From Gemmatimonadota bacterium (GTDB taxonomy: Bacteria > Gemmatimonadota > Gemmatimonadetes > Gemmatimonadales > GWC2-71-9): 64,000 bases of DNA. This document shows positions 28,492-37,964 of the stretch, piece after piece. The stretch spans positions 2,824 through 66,823 of the forward strand of contig JBDHHA010000010.1 of assembly GCA_039589615.1 (NCBI GenBank), written 5' to 3'. The notes beneath the pieces are model-generated. The model saw only the letters and a list, made by a program, of their open reading frames with translations. It ran no database searches and was not told the origin of the DNA. A program made the position numbers and the translations under genes. The stretch's first letter is position 1; each line of letters starts with the position of its first letter.

Positions 28492-29847
28492 CTATTTTCT
28501 CTGCAACCCGTACTTGTCGATCTTCTTGTAGAGATTGCTTCGGGGCATGGCGAGTTTCCTGGCGGTCTCGCTCACGTTCCAATCGTTTTCTTCCAGCTTG
28601 CCCGTCAGGAAGGCCCGCTCGGCCTCCACCTTGAACTCCTCGAACGTTTCGCATTGCACCAACGTGCCCACCGTGGCATCGGCGCCACCGGTCGAGAGGT
28701 GCTGCACGTCCGCCGCTTTGACTTCCGTTCCCCCCGAGAGGATCATCAGCCGCTCCACGGCGTTGCGGAGCTCCCGGACGTTCCCCGGCCAGTCTCGCTG
28801 CCCCAGGATCGCCACGGCCTCCTCGGAGAACTTCTTTGCCTTGAGACCTCCGTAGACTGCCAGGTCGCTGACGAATCGCTCGAGCATCGCGGGAATGTCC
28901 TGCTTGCGGGCCCGCAGCGGAGGGACGTCGATGGGCACCACGTTGAGGCGGTAGTAGAGATCTTCCCGGAATCGTCCGTTCCCGATCTCCTCCTCGAGGG
29001 TCTTGTTGGTGGCGGCGATCACGCGCACGTCCACCGTCGCCGACTTGGTCGCCCCGATGCGCGTCACGACACCTTCCTGGAGCGCCCGGAGCACCTTGGC
29101 CTGGGCGTCGAGGCTCATGTCTCCGACCTCGTCGAGGAACAGGGTCCCGCCGTCCGCCTGCTCGAACTTACCGGCCCGGTCCGCGAACGCGCCGGTAAAC
29201 GACCCCTTCATGTGTCCGAACAACTCGCTCTCGATGAGCTCACTGGGGATCGCCGCACAGTTGACCTCGACGAAGGGTTTGGACGCCCTTGGCGACCCGA
29301 CGTGAATCGCCCGAGCCACCAGTTCCTTGCCCACCCCATTCTCCCCTGTGATCAATACCCGGGCCGGCGTAGGCGCCACCTTGTCGATGATGCCGAGGAC
29401 GTCGCGAATCGCCTTGCTGGATCCCACCATGTCGTACTGATCGGCGACGCTCGCCCGGAGGCGCTCGTTCTCTGACTCGAGGGCGATACGATCGAACGCA
29501 TTGCGGAGCGTGAGCAGGATCCGATCGGTGTCGAGAGGCTTCTCGAGAAAGTCGTACGCGCCGAGCTGGGTGGCCTCCACCGCCGTCTGGATCGTACCAT
29601 GACCCGAGATCATCACCACCTGGGCGTTGCCGTCGAACTCCCGGAGTTGTGCCAGGGTCTCGAGACCGTCCATTCCGGCCATCTTCACGTCGAGCAACAC
29701 GAGGTGGGGATGCACCTCGGCGTATACGGCCAACGCTTCCACGCCCGACTCCGCGGTGTGCACCTCCATCTCTTCGTACTCCAAGAGCTGCCGGAGCGCC
29801 TCACGCACTCCCTGCTCGTCGTCCACAACCAGCACCCGCTTCGCCAT
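28492..29847 (-). CDS. Sigma-54-dependent Fis-family response regulator (NtrC-type enhancer-binding protein)
   Basis: Receiver domain (VLVVDDE...LLDVKMAGMDG), AAA+ domain (ITGENGVGKE, GAFTGA-like GSFTGA, ESELFGH) and a C-terminal Fis HTH (NVSETARKLAMPRSNLYKKI). Confidence 0.9.
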   Translation of the reverse strand: MAKRVLVVDDEQGVREALRQLLEYEEMEVHTAESGVEALAVYAEVHPHLVLLDVKMAGMDGLETLAQLREFDGNAQVVMISGHGTIQTAVEATQLGAYDFLEKPLDTDRILLTLRNAFDRIALESENERLRASVADQYDMVGSSKAIRDVLGIIDKVAPTPARVLITGENGVGKELVARAIHVGSPRASKPFVEVNCAAIPSELIESELFGHMKGSFTGAFADRAGKFEQADGGTLFLDEVGDMSLDAQAKVLRALQEGVVTRIGATKSATVDVRVIAATNKTLEEEIGNGRFREDLYYRLNVVPIDVPPLRARKQDIPAMLERFVSDLAVYGGLKAKKFSEEAVAILGQRDWPGNVRELRNAVERLMILSGGTEVKAADVQHLSTGGADATVGTLVQCETFEEFKVEAERAFLTGKLEENDWNVSETARKLAMPRSNLYKKIDKYGLQRK

Positions 29848-30509
29848 CACTGCACCCGCCGGAAGAAGGTCATCTTGTTTGGCTCGATGCGAATCTCGGC
29901 GATCGTCGACGGAACGCCGAAGAGCATCTGCCCGGTGTCTCCCCCGGTCAGACGATTCACAATGGCCGGAATCGCCGCCCGGGGAAACGGAATCGACCGC
30001 ACCGAAAACTCAACGGGCTCCCAGGCCAGCACGCCGCGCCGGACGATGTGGGCCGGGCCTGCGACGCGCAGGGGCTCCCGGGGTTGCAGGAGACCCCCCA
30101 AGAGTCCCAGCGCGTCCTTGCCCCACACCTCGGTCACCAATCGAGCCTCCATTATAAACCGGCCGTCCTCAAAGGTGACGGTCAGGGAGTCCAGCGCCCG
30201 CCGGCCGATGGGATCGAGACCATCTTGAATGAGGGAGGCCATCTCCGCCGCGGACAGGACCACGAACTCCGGCCCGTCGATCCGGGCCATCCGCTGATAT
30301 GTGGCCACCGCTGACCGACGGGCCTCCGGCGAGGGGCTGCCCGGCCCCTCCTGAAACGCCTCCTCCTCGGCCACCGGGCCCTCACCCCGGAACGCCCGGA
30401 ACGCATCGGACAATTGGGTGCGGTATTGCCACCCCGCGACGGCGGCGATCAGCAAGATCACGGCGCAGCCGGCCATGGCGAACATGTTCTTGAGGCAGCC
30501 GCCGATCAT
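29847..30509 (-). CDS. Hypothetical membrane-anchored protein
   Basis: N-terminal TM (AMAGCAVILLIAAVAGW). No family recognised. The stop overlaps the regulator start and the start overlaps the thpR stop (ATGA). Confidence 0.6.
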   Translation of the reverse strand: MIGGCLKNMFAMAGCAVILLIAAVAGWQYRTQLSDAFRAFRGEGPVAEEEAFQEGPGSPSPEARRSAVATYQRMARIDGPEFVVLSAAEMASLIQDGLDPIGRRALDSLTVTFEDGRFIMEARLVTEVWGKDALGLLGGLLQPREPLRVAGPAHIVRRGVLAWEPVEFSVRSIPFPRAAIPAIVNRLTGGDTGQMLFGVPSTIAEIRIEPNKMTFFRRVQ

Positions 30510-31066
30510 GATATCAGCTCCGCTGCGTGAAGGCGCTCGTACCGCGGGCCCTTGGGACCGAGGTGACTTCGCATCACGTCCAGAGACGCGATCGGCGGCT
30601 CCTCGAAGAACTCCAGGAGCCCAAGAGCGCTATCGAGGCCCCTGAGATCCGACGGCCGCGCGTCGCGGCGCACCCGCCCGATCGTCGCATGAGGCCGGAA
30701 GGCGCGGCCTTCGGGCTCGAATCCTCGCTGGGACATTTCGCGTTCCACGGCATCCGCCAAGAGCTCGAGAACGGGGAGGTTTTCACACCCAACCCAGAGA
30801 ACGCGGGGGCGCTTGGGTGTGGGGAATGCGCCGAACTGGCCGACGGGCAGCCGAAAGACCTTGGTTCCCTGCACCGCCGCCGAGGCACCGCCGCAGATGC
30901 TGTCGACCCGGGATCCGTCGACCTCACCAAGGAACTTCACCGTCATGTGGATGCCGGCAGCATCGACCCACTTCACCGGAAAGCCCGCCTCTCGCAGCGA
31001 CGCGGTCTCATCCCACAGCCGCTTGCGCATGCCGTCCGGGAAGTTGATGGCGATGAAGAGACGCAC
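30506..31066 (-). CDS. thpR: RNA 2',3'-cyclic phosphodiesterase (2H family, ThpR/LigT)
   Basis: Two HxT/S motifs (HMTVKFLG and HATIGR) with typical spacing. GTG start. Confidence 0.85.
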   Translation of the reverse strand: MRLFIAINFPDGMRKRLWDETASLREAGFPVKWVDAAGIHMTVKFLGEVDGSRVDSICGGASAAVQGTKVFRLPVGQFGAFPTPKRPRVLWVGCENLPVLELLADAVEREMSQRGFEPEGRAFRPHATIGRVRRDARPSDLRGLDSALGLLEFFEEPPIASLDVMRSHLGPKGPRYERLHAAELIS

Positions 31067-31109
31067 GGCATGAATTTATAACTGATTTGAAAACGGAAAG
31101 GACCCCGAT

Positions 31110-31763
31110 CTACGGGGGGCCGGCGCCGCCGCCCAATGAGCGACGTCGCTCGTGGAACCGCCGCGCCTTCTCCCGGTTGCCGCAGGTGCGCATCTCGCAC
31201 CACCTCCGGTTGTGCTTGCGGCTCGTGTCCATGAAGAACCACCCGCAGGTGTCGTTGGCGCAGGTTTTCACGTGCCGCAGGTCCGGCGATGTGAGCAGTT
31301 GCGCCGCCGACCATGCGACGGGCCAGATCACTGCGGCCAAATCGCTCCCGTCTCCGGGCCAGCCCCAGCGGAACTGGGTCTCGTGCGACCCCGCGGACCG
31401 CACCTCCACCGGAACCTCCGCCAAGAAGGCGTTGAGGGATGCCAGTTGGGCGGCCTCAGGGCTCTCGCCGCGAATGACCGCTGAAAAGAGCGCATGGATC
31501 GTCGCGCGAAGCTCTCGCGCCCGGCGTAAGACGGCCTGGGCATCGTCCGGGCGCCGGGACGCGTCCGACAGCAGCAGCCGCTCCACCTCCTCCGGGAGCA
31601 CGCCCGCCACTCCGCCCCAGTCCACCAGCCTCTCGTAGCTGGAGAGCCGCTCGTCCTCGACGGCCTCCAGACCCATCCAGTCGATCGTGTTGTTGAAATC
31701 GAGGCAGAGCCACCCGCCCACCCATCTCCACGGCAGGGGTTCTCGGACTGCGGTCATCGCCAC
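31110..31763 (-). CDS. CGNR zinc-finger domain protein (ABATE N-terminal domain)
   Basis: C-terminal CANDTCGWFFMDTSRKHNRRWCEMRTCGNREKARRF matches the CGNR zinc-finger signature. Confidence 0.85.
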   Translation of the reverse strand: MAMTAVREPLPWRWVGGWLCLDFNNTIDWMGLEAVEDERLSSYERLVDWGGVAGVLPEEVERLLLSDASRRPDDAQAVLRRARELRATIHALFSAVIRGESPEAAQLASLNAFLAEVPVEVRSAGSHETQFRWGWPGDGSDLAAVIWPVAWSAAQLLTSPDLRHVKTCANDTCGWFFMDTSRKHNRRWCEMRTCGNREKARRFHERRRSLGGGAGPP

Positions 31764-31808
31764 GTCTCTCGCGTTGAGCTACTCCACAATCTAACCGGCA
31801 TTAGGGAC

Positions 31809-31837
31809 TTGACAAGTTATAGCCATGGTGCAACAAT
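31809..31837 (+). promoter_or_regulatory. Candidate promoter for the DinB-family gene (TTGACA-17-AACAAT)
   Basis: The hexamers read directly in the AT-rich CGNR/DinB divergent spacer. A strong RBS (GAAGGGGAGG) precedes the ATG at 31939. Confidence 0.3.
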
Positions 31838-31938
31838 TAACCCATAAGTTAGCTAATACCGGTTATCACAATTCTGTACCACGGATCTTGTTGCAGGTAA
31901 ACACAAGGGCAACAACAACTTAACGAAGGGGAGGAACC

Positions 31939-32448
31939 ATGTCGGAGACCGAGTTCATTGCAGACGTGATAGACCAGGCCGCTCACGGCGAGGCCTGGCA
32001 CGGACCGGCGCTGCAGGACGCCGTCGCCGGGGTCACCGCCGAGGACGCCAGCCGCCGGCCGGTTGCCGGGGCACACACCATCTGGGAGATCGTGGCCCAT
32101 GTGACGGTCTGGGCCGTAGAGGTCGAGCGCCGCTTGCGGGAACGTGCCCGACCGGTCGATGCGGCGGCCGACTGGCCGCCACCGCCCGATGGCGAAGCCG
32201 GCTCGTGGGAAGCGGCCAAGTCGGGTCTCTTGGACGCACACCGCCGCCTGCGCCAGACGATCCGGGAGTTCCCACCCCAACGCCTGCCGGAGCAGGTTCC
32301 CGGGACGTCGGACGAGAACCACGCCTCCTTCTACATGATGCTGCACGGTCTGGCCCAACACGACGCGTACCACGCGGGACAGATCGCCATGTTGAAGAAA
32401 GCGCTCGCCGCGGCGTCCACCGGTGCGCCTCTGTCGCAGGCGGTGTGA
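31939..32448 (+). CDS. DinB family protein
   Basis: Four-helix DinB pattern with conserved His residues (AHTIWEIVAHVTVW ... HGLAQHDAYHAGQI). Confidence 0.8.
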   Translation: MSETEFIADVIDQAAHGEAWHGPALQDAVAGVTAEDASRRPVAGAHTIWEIVAHVTVWAVEVERRLRERARPVDAAADWPPPPDGEAGSWEAAKSGLLDAHRRLRQTIREFPPQRLPEQVPGTSDENHASFYMMLHGLAQHDAYHAGQIAMLKKALAAASTGAPLSQAV

Positions 32449-32540
32449 CGCGGCCCGCCGCGCACGGTCCTACCGCAACACCGGGTTGCTGCGTTATCCT
32501 CCAGCGACCGAAAACCTGCAGCGCAACGGTAGACGCACAT

Positions 32541-32795
32541 ATGCAAAGCACCTGGGCGGTGGCAGCCGCCGTTCTCGTTATGAACCTCCCCTTTGGCTAC
32601 TGGCGAGCCGGGGAGAAGCGGCTGACCCTCCCCTGGGTCGCGGCGATCCACGCACCGGTACCGCTGGTAATCGGTCTCCGGATCGCCTCGGGAATGGGGT
32701 GGCAGCTCGCGACGTTCCCCGTGATGGTCGGTGCGTTCTTCACCGGCCAGTTTCTCGGAGGACGCGCCCGCCTTTGGTGGAGAGAACGAACCTAG
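32541..32795 (+). CDS. Small hypothetical membrane protein (84 aa)
   Basis: Internal ATG of ORF 32205..32795. Three hydrophobic segments, located just upstream of argS. No family recognised. Confidence 0.45.
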   Translation: MQSTWAVAAAVLVMNLPFGYWRAGEKRLTLPWVAAIHAPVPLVIGLRIASGMGWQLATFPVMVGAFFTGQFLGGRARLWWRERT

Positions 32796-32809
32796 ACACT
32801 GCCCGCGAC

Positions 32810-34579
32810 ATGGCATCACTCACCGAACGGTTAACCGACATCGCCTCGGGCGCCTTCGCCGAAGGTGGCTACGACCGCCAGTACGGCAAGGTCGACATCT
32901 CCGACCGGCCCGACCTGGGACAGTTCCAGTGCAACGGAGCGTTGGCCGCCGCCAAGGCACACAAGGCCAACCCCCGGCAGATCGGGCAGCAGGTCGCAGA
33001 CATCCTGGAGACCCACGACGCGTTCCGTGACGTGTCGCTCGCCGGCCCGGGCTTCATCAACCTCACGCTGACCGACGCCTTTCTCGCCGCGCACACTCAG
33101 GGGATCGCCGGTGACGACCGCCTCGACGTGGATCGCATCGCCGTCCCACAGCGGGTGGTCATCGACTACGGCGGCCCCAACGTGGCCAAGCCGATGCACG
33201 TGGGGCACCTGCGCGCCGCCATCATCGGCGAGAGTGTGAAGCGCATCGCCCGGTTCCTGGGCCACGAAGTGTGGGGGGACGTCCACCTGGGCGATTGGGG
33301 GTTGCAGATGGGGATGCTCATTTCCGAGCTGGCCCGGCGCCAACCCGATCTGCCGTACTTCGACGCCGAGTACGACGGCCGATATCCGGACGAGTCGCCG
33401 GTGACCATCGCCGACTTGGAGGAGATCTACCCGGCCGCCAGCGCCACGGCCCAGGCGGATGTCGCGATCATGGAAACGGCCCGGGAAGCCACCTTCGAGC
33501 TCCAGAAGGGCCGACCCGGGTATCGGGCCCTGTGGCAGCACTTCCACGACGTGTCCATCGCCGAGATGAAGGCCGACTACGCCAACCTCGGGGTGGAGTT
33601 CGACCTCTGGCTCGGGGAGAGCGATACCCAGGACCGCCTACCGGGGATCGTCGACGACCTCCGCGCGGGCGGCTTCGCATACGAGAGTGAAGGGGCGTTG
33701 GTGATGGACGTGGCAGAGGCGGACGACAAGAAGGAGATGCCGCCCCTGATGTTGCTCAAGTCCGACGGCGCCGTCCTCTACGGCACGACGGACCTGGCCA
33801 CCATCCATCAGCGGGTGCACGACCTCAAAGCCGACGTTGCCATCTACGTCGTCGATAACCGTCAAGGCGATCACTTCCGCCAAGTGTTCCGCGCGGCCCA
33901 CAAGTCCGGTATCGCCCCCGAATCCATGCATTTGGAGCATGCCGGGTTCGGAACGATGAACGGCAAGGACGGGAGGCCGTTCAAGACGAGGGCGGGCGGT
34001 GTGATGCGACTCAAGGACCTGATGCAGCTCGTCACGGACAAAGCCACCGAACGCATGGCCGAGGCCGAGGTGGCGAAGGATCAGGGCGCCGAGGAACGGG
34101 CCGAGATTGCGCGCACGGTGGGAATGGCGACCCTCAAGTACGCCGACCTCATGAACCACCGGACGAAGGACTACGTCTTCGATCTGGATCGGTTCTCCTC
34201 GTTCGAGGGACGGACGGGTCCGTACCTGCTCTACACCACGGTTCGGACAAAATCGATTCTCCGGAAAGCCGCTGAGCAGGGGTTTGGCTCAGGAGAACTG
34301 TTGCCGCCGGCCACCGACGCCGAACGGGACGTGATGCTCAAGATCGCGGAGCTCTCCAACGTGTTGCAGCGGGCGTGGGACGGCCGTGCGCCGAACCACC
34401 TCTGCGAGTACGGCTTCAACCTCGCGACCCTGTTCAACCGGTTCTACCATGAACACCACATCCTGAGCGAGAAGGACGCGGCCCGGCAGGCGTCGTGGTT
34501 GGGGCTGTCGGAGACCTGTGTGCGCACTCTGGAGCGCACGTTGGAGCTATTGGGAATCGAAGTACCCGAACGGATGTGA
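32810..34579 (+). CDS. argS: Arginine--tRNA ligase
   Basis: Internal ATG (MASLTERL...). HIGH-type motif PMHVGHLRAA. The C-terminal anticodon-binding (DALR) region is typical of ArgRS. Confidence 0.9.
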   Translation: MASLTERLTDIASGAFAEGGYDRQYGKVDISDRPDLGQFQCNGALAAAKAHKANPRQIGQQVADILETHDAFRDVSLAGPGFINLTLTDAFLAAHTQGIAGDDRLDVDRIAVPQRVVIDYGGPNVAKPMHVGHLRAAIIGESVKRIARFLGHEVWGDVHLGDWGLQMGMLISELARRQPDLPYFDAEYDGRYPDESPVTIADLEEIYPAASATAQADVAIMETAREATFELQKGRPGYRALWQHFHDVSIAEMKADYANLGVEFDLWLGESDTQDRLPGIVDDLRAGGFAYESEGALVMDVAEADDKKEMPPLMLLKSDGAVLYGTTDLATIHQRVHDLKADVAIYVVDNRQGDHFRQVFRAAHKSGIAPESMHLEHAGFGTMNGKDGRPFKTRAGGVMRLKDLMQLVTDKATERMAEAEVAKDQGAEERAEIARTVGMATLKYADLMNHRTKDYVFDLDRFSSFEGRTGPYLLYTTVRTKSILRKAAEQGFGSGELLPPATDAERDVMLKIAELSNVLQRAWDGRAPNHLCEYGFNLATLFNRFYHEHHILSEKDAARQASWLGLSETCVRTLERTLELLGIEVPERM

Positions 34580-34592
34580 GGAACGGCCTCTT

Positions 34593-35792
34593 TCAGGAAC
34601 CCGACGCCGGACGCCCCACCGCCGGAATCACGAACTCGTCCACTACCACCCCGTCCTCCCCCGTCACCGTCACCCGCAACTCGCCCCGCGACACGTCCAC
34701 CCGCGCCCGGGTATCCCGCCCATTGATCAGGATCGGATAGTGGTGCCGCTCGTCGGCGTCATGACGGGCGAAGCGGTGCGTATGGCCGTTGATGACGAGA
34801 TCAATCCCCGCCCGGTTGAGCACGTCGTTCCAGGTCTCCCGCACGTGCAGGGCTCCATGGGCGTCCCTGGTGCCAAAGGGTGGGATGTGAAATAGCGCCA
34901 CCTGGTAAACCGAGTTTCGGAACCCCTCGCTCTCCATGTCCCTCTCGAGCCACGCGGCCTGTTCCTCCCGGTAGCGGTCGAAGTCCACGAGACCGGCGTA
35001 CACCGGATGTGAATCCACCTTGTCTTCGCCGGAGTCGAGGACGATGAAATGCACCGGCCCGTGATTGAACGAGTAGTAGAACCTGCCGTTCCGGGTCGGG
35101 AAGTAATCCATGAGCCTCCGGGCGTATTTGCCGCGAGTCTCGTGGTTTCCCCTCACGTACACCATGGGGATGCGGGAGGCAAAGTGCTTCACCGAGACGT
35201 CCACGAACCCATCGAAGAGCTGCGAGTCTTCTTCGTAGTAATGGATCTCGTCTCCCGTATAGAACATGAGATCCAACTCATCCAACGCCATGGCGCCCAG
35301 CACCGAGTCCACTCGAGCCCCGGCCTCGTGTATGTCCGTCAGGACACCGAACGCAAAAGACTCTTTCTCGGGATCGAGGGTCGAGAACTCGAGCACGTCG
35401 CTGGCCACGCTGCCGCCATAGGCCACCTCGTAGGGCTTGAACTCCTGTATGTGCTTGGAGAAGACCCGGTACCGGTAGGTCTGGCCGGCGTCGAGTTCAC
35501 CGATCGTGATGCGGTGCGTCGTCGTGAAGGCCTCGATCAACCCGTGCTCACTGTGCTGCGCCGTCTGCACCACGCCCCCGTAGGTCGGGAAGCTGCCGAA
35601 GTTGCCTCCCGTCCCGTATTCCACCCAGGAGACCGCCTCCTTGTCGGTCGTCCAGACGATTGTCACCGAGGTCTCGGTGAGGGCCTGGAGATAGGGACCG
35701 TGGGTGATCCGTATTTCGCTGGTCTGAGCCATCGCGCTCGTGGAAATGACCGAAACCAGCAGGAGGCACGCCGATTGCCGAGGGATGTGCAT
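34593..35792 (-). CDS. Secreted metallophosphoesterase (purple acid phosphatase-like)
   Basis: Internal ATG with signal peptide ...AMAQ. Motifs are VLTDIHE, GDEIHYY, VRGNHE, LFHIPP and NGHTHRF. Confidence 0.8.
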   Translation of the reverse strand: MHIPRQSACLLLVSVISTSAMAQTSEIRITHGPYLQALTETSVTIVWTTDKEAVSWVEYGTGGNFGSFPTYGGVVQTAQHSEHGLIEAFTTTHRITIGELDAGQTYRYRVFSKHIQEFKPYEVAYGGSVASDVLEFSTLDPEKESFAFGVLTDIHEAGARVDSVLGAMALDELDLMFYTGDEIHYYEEDSQLFDGFVDVSVKHFASRIPMVYVRGNHETRGKYARRLMDYFPTRNGRFYYSFNHGPVHFIVLDSGEDKVDSHPVYAGLVDFDRYREEQAAWLERDMESEGFRNSVYQVALFHIPPFGTRDAHGALHVRETWNDVLNRAGIDLVINGHTHRFARHDADERHHYPILINGRDTRARVDVSRGELRVTVTGEDGVVVDEFVIPAVGRPASGS

Positions 35793-35900
35793 AGTAGGGC
35801 CCTTACGTGGTGTTGGAGCAATGTCTGAACGGGAAGATAGGATTGCGTCCCGGAGACCGCGAGGTTCCTTTGAGCTGACCATTTCCGCGGAGGCCACGGC

Positions 35901-36779
35901 GTGCGCACATTGCTCTTCACCCTATTGGGCGTCTTTGGCCTGGTGTTTCTCGCTCGCTGGATCCGGCAGGTGCGAGCGACGGGTCAAGGGTCGGCTGCTG
36001 CCGTGCGGCCCTCGCTCTGGGAGTCCGCCGTCGGATTCGTCACGAACTTCTTCGACACTTTGGGGATCGGGTCTTTCGCGCCGACGACCTCGATCTACAA
36101 GCTCAAGAAGATGGTTCCGGACGAACGGATCCCCGGCACCATGCATGTGGGTCACACCCCGCCGGTCATCATTCAGGCGTTTATCTTCATCGCCATCATT
36201 CAGATCGACTTGGTGACCCTGGTCAGCATGATCAGCGCCGCGGTGCTCGGCGCGTGGCTCGGCGCCGGCGTCGTGGCACGGTTGCCCCGGCGACAGATCC
36301 AAATCGGCATGGGGATCGCGCTGCTCGTGGCCGCCGCGTCGTTCGTCATGTCCATCTACGGGTTCTTTCCCACAGGGGGAACGGCGCTGGGCATGCGGGG
36401 CGTGGGCCTGGTGGTCGCCGTGGGGGTGAGCTTCGCCCTGGGCGCGCTCATGACCATCGGCGTGGGGTTTTACGCGCCGTGTATGATCACCATCAGCTTG
36501 TTGGGTATGAATCCCATCACGGCGTTTCCGGTCATGATGGGATCGTCGGCGTTTCTCATGCCGGTGGCGAGCATTCGGTTCCTGAAGGCGAACAAGTACA
36601 GCCTCCGGGCCGCCGTCGGGCTGGCCCTCGGCGGCATTCCGGCGGTGTTGATCGCCGCGTTCATCGTGAAATCACTGCCGCTGAACGCCATGCGCTGGTT
36701 GGTGGTGTTGGTGGTGCTCTACGCCGCGGTGGCGATGTTGCGGTCGGCGTACGTGGAACGAAGCCGCCCCGACGACTAG
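35901..36779 (+). CDS. TauE/SafE-family anion exporter membrane protein
   Basis: GTG start. About 8 TM segments, Gly-rich helices with internal two-fold similarity, as in the TauE/SafE family. Confidence 0.6.
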   Translation: MRTLLFTLLGVFGLVFLARWIRQVRATGQGSAAAVRPSLWESAVGFVTNFFDTLGIGSFAPTTSIYKLKKMVPDERIPGTMHVGHTPPVIIQAFIFIAIIQIDLVTLVSMISAAVLGAWLGAGVVARLPRRQIQIGMGIALLVAAASFVMSIYGFFPTGGTALGMRGVGLVVAVGVSFALGALMTIGVGFYAPCMITISLLGMNPITAFPVMMGSSAFLMPVASIRFLKANKYSLRAAVGLALGGIPAVLIAAFIVKSLPLNAMRWLVVLVVLYAAVAMLRSAYVERSRPDD

Positions 36780-37963
36780 TTGGCCGTGCCCACCACCTCC
36801 CAGGCGAGTTCCACCATGCGTCGCGTCGTGTTTCCGCCACGCGACTGCGTAAAGTAGAGCACCATCAGATCCTCGGCCGGATCGGCCACCGCGATGGTCC
36901 CGTCGGAGCCACCGTGCCCGAACGGGGGACGCCCACTCTCCGCCGAGCCGATTTGCGGAAACACCTGCCACTGCATGCCGTATTCGTACGATCCTCCAGT
37001 CGGCCTCCCCTCCAGGGCCGCGATCACCGTCTCCTCCTGGAGGAGCCGGCCGGTGCCCATCGCTCCCAAATCCATCCACAACGCCAGAAACTTGGCGTAG
37101 TCCCGCGGCGTGGAGTACATCCCACCGCTGGCCCGGAAGAACTGCATGTCCTGTGGCGCGGTGTTCTCCCAATACTTCTCGAACCGCCTATCCGGATCGG
37201 TCCGACTGTACGTGCTACTCACCCGAGGACGTCGAGGATCGTCCATGGTGAGCATCGTGAACGTGTCACCCATCTCGAGGGGCTGGAGAATCCGTGTCTC
37301 GATGAAGGTCTCAACCGGCATGCCCGAGACCTGAGCGACAATGGCACCAAGTGTGGCCGATCCCGCGTCACTGTAGAAGTACCGGCTGCCCGGCTCGTGC
37401 TGGGGCCCCGCCCGGCCCGTGGCATCGACCGCTTCCCGCAAGCTGCTGTACCTGCGCAGCGGACCGGGGTACCCGGGTTGGGTGAAGCCGCCTCGGTGAT
37501 GGAGGAGCTGCTCGATCGTGATGTGCCGCGAACGATCGTTGTCCCACGACGGGAGATAACCAGAGACCGGGTCCGCGAGGCGCAGCGTTCCCTCCTCCGC
37601 CAACACCTGCACCGACGTGCCGACGAACGGCTTGGTCATGGACCGGATCCGGCCGATCGTGTTCCGCTCGTAGGGGATTTCCCGCTCCCGATCTCTCCAA
37701 CCCACCACCTCGTGCCACACGATCTGCCGGTCTTTGACGATCAGCAGTTCCCCACCCACGATGTCACCATCGCGCAACCACTGCTCCATCGTGTCGACCA
37801 ACGATCGGAGGTCCGCCGTGGCGAGACCCAAGCTCTCGGGCACAACATAGGGGAACGGTGACGGAGAAGGATCCTGTGCCAGCACGGCACCCACCGGAAA
37901 TGCCTCACCTCGGCACGCCAGCACCAGGGCGGCCGCGACCGTGAGTCGGAGGGTGGAGACCAT
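36776..37963 (-). CDS. Secreted serine hydrolase, beta-lactamase (class C/DD-peptidase) fold
   Basis: Signal peptide and SxxK motif (SMTKPF). The length and YxN-region pattern fit the family. Confidence 0.8.
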   Translation of the reverse strand: MVSTLRLTVAAALVLACRGEAFPVGAVLAQDPSPSPFPYVVPESLGLATADLRSLVDTMEQWLRDGDIVGGELLIVKDRQIVWHEVVGWRDREREIPYERNTIGRIRSMTKPFVGTSVQVLAEEGTLRLADPVSGYLPSWDNDRSRHITIEQLLHHRGGFTQPGYPGPLRRYSSLREAVDATGRAGPQHEPGSRYFYSDAGSATLGAIVAQVSGMPVETFIETRILQPLEMGDTFTMLTMDDPRRPRVSSTYSRTDPDRRFEKYWENTAPQDMQFFRASGGMYSTPRDYAKFLALWMDLGAMGTGRLLQEETVIAALEGRPTGGSYEYGMQWQVFPQIGSAESGRPPFGHGGSDGTIAVADPAEDLMVLYFTQSRGGNTTRRMVELAWEVVGTAN

Positions 37964-37964
37964 C

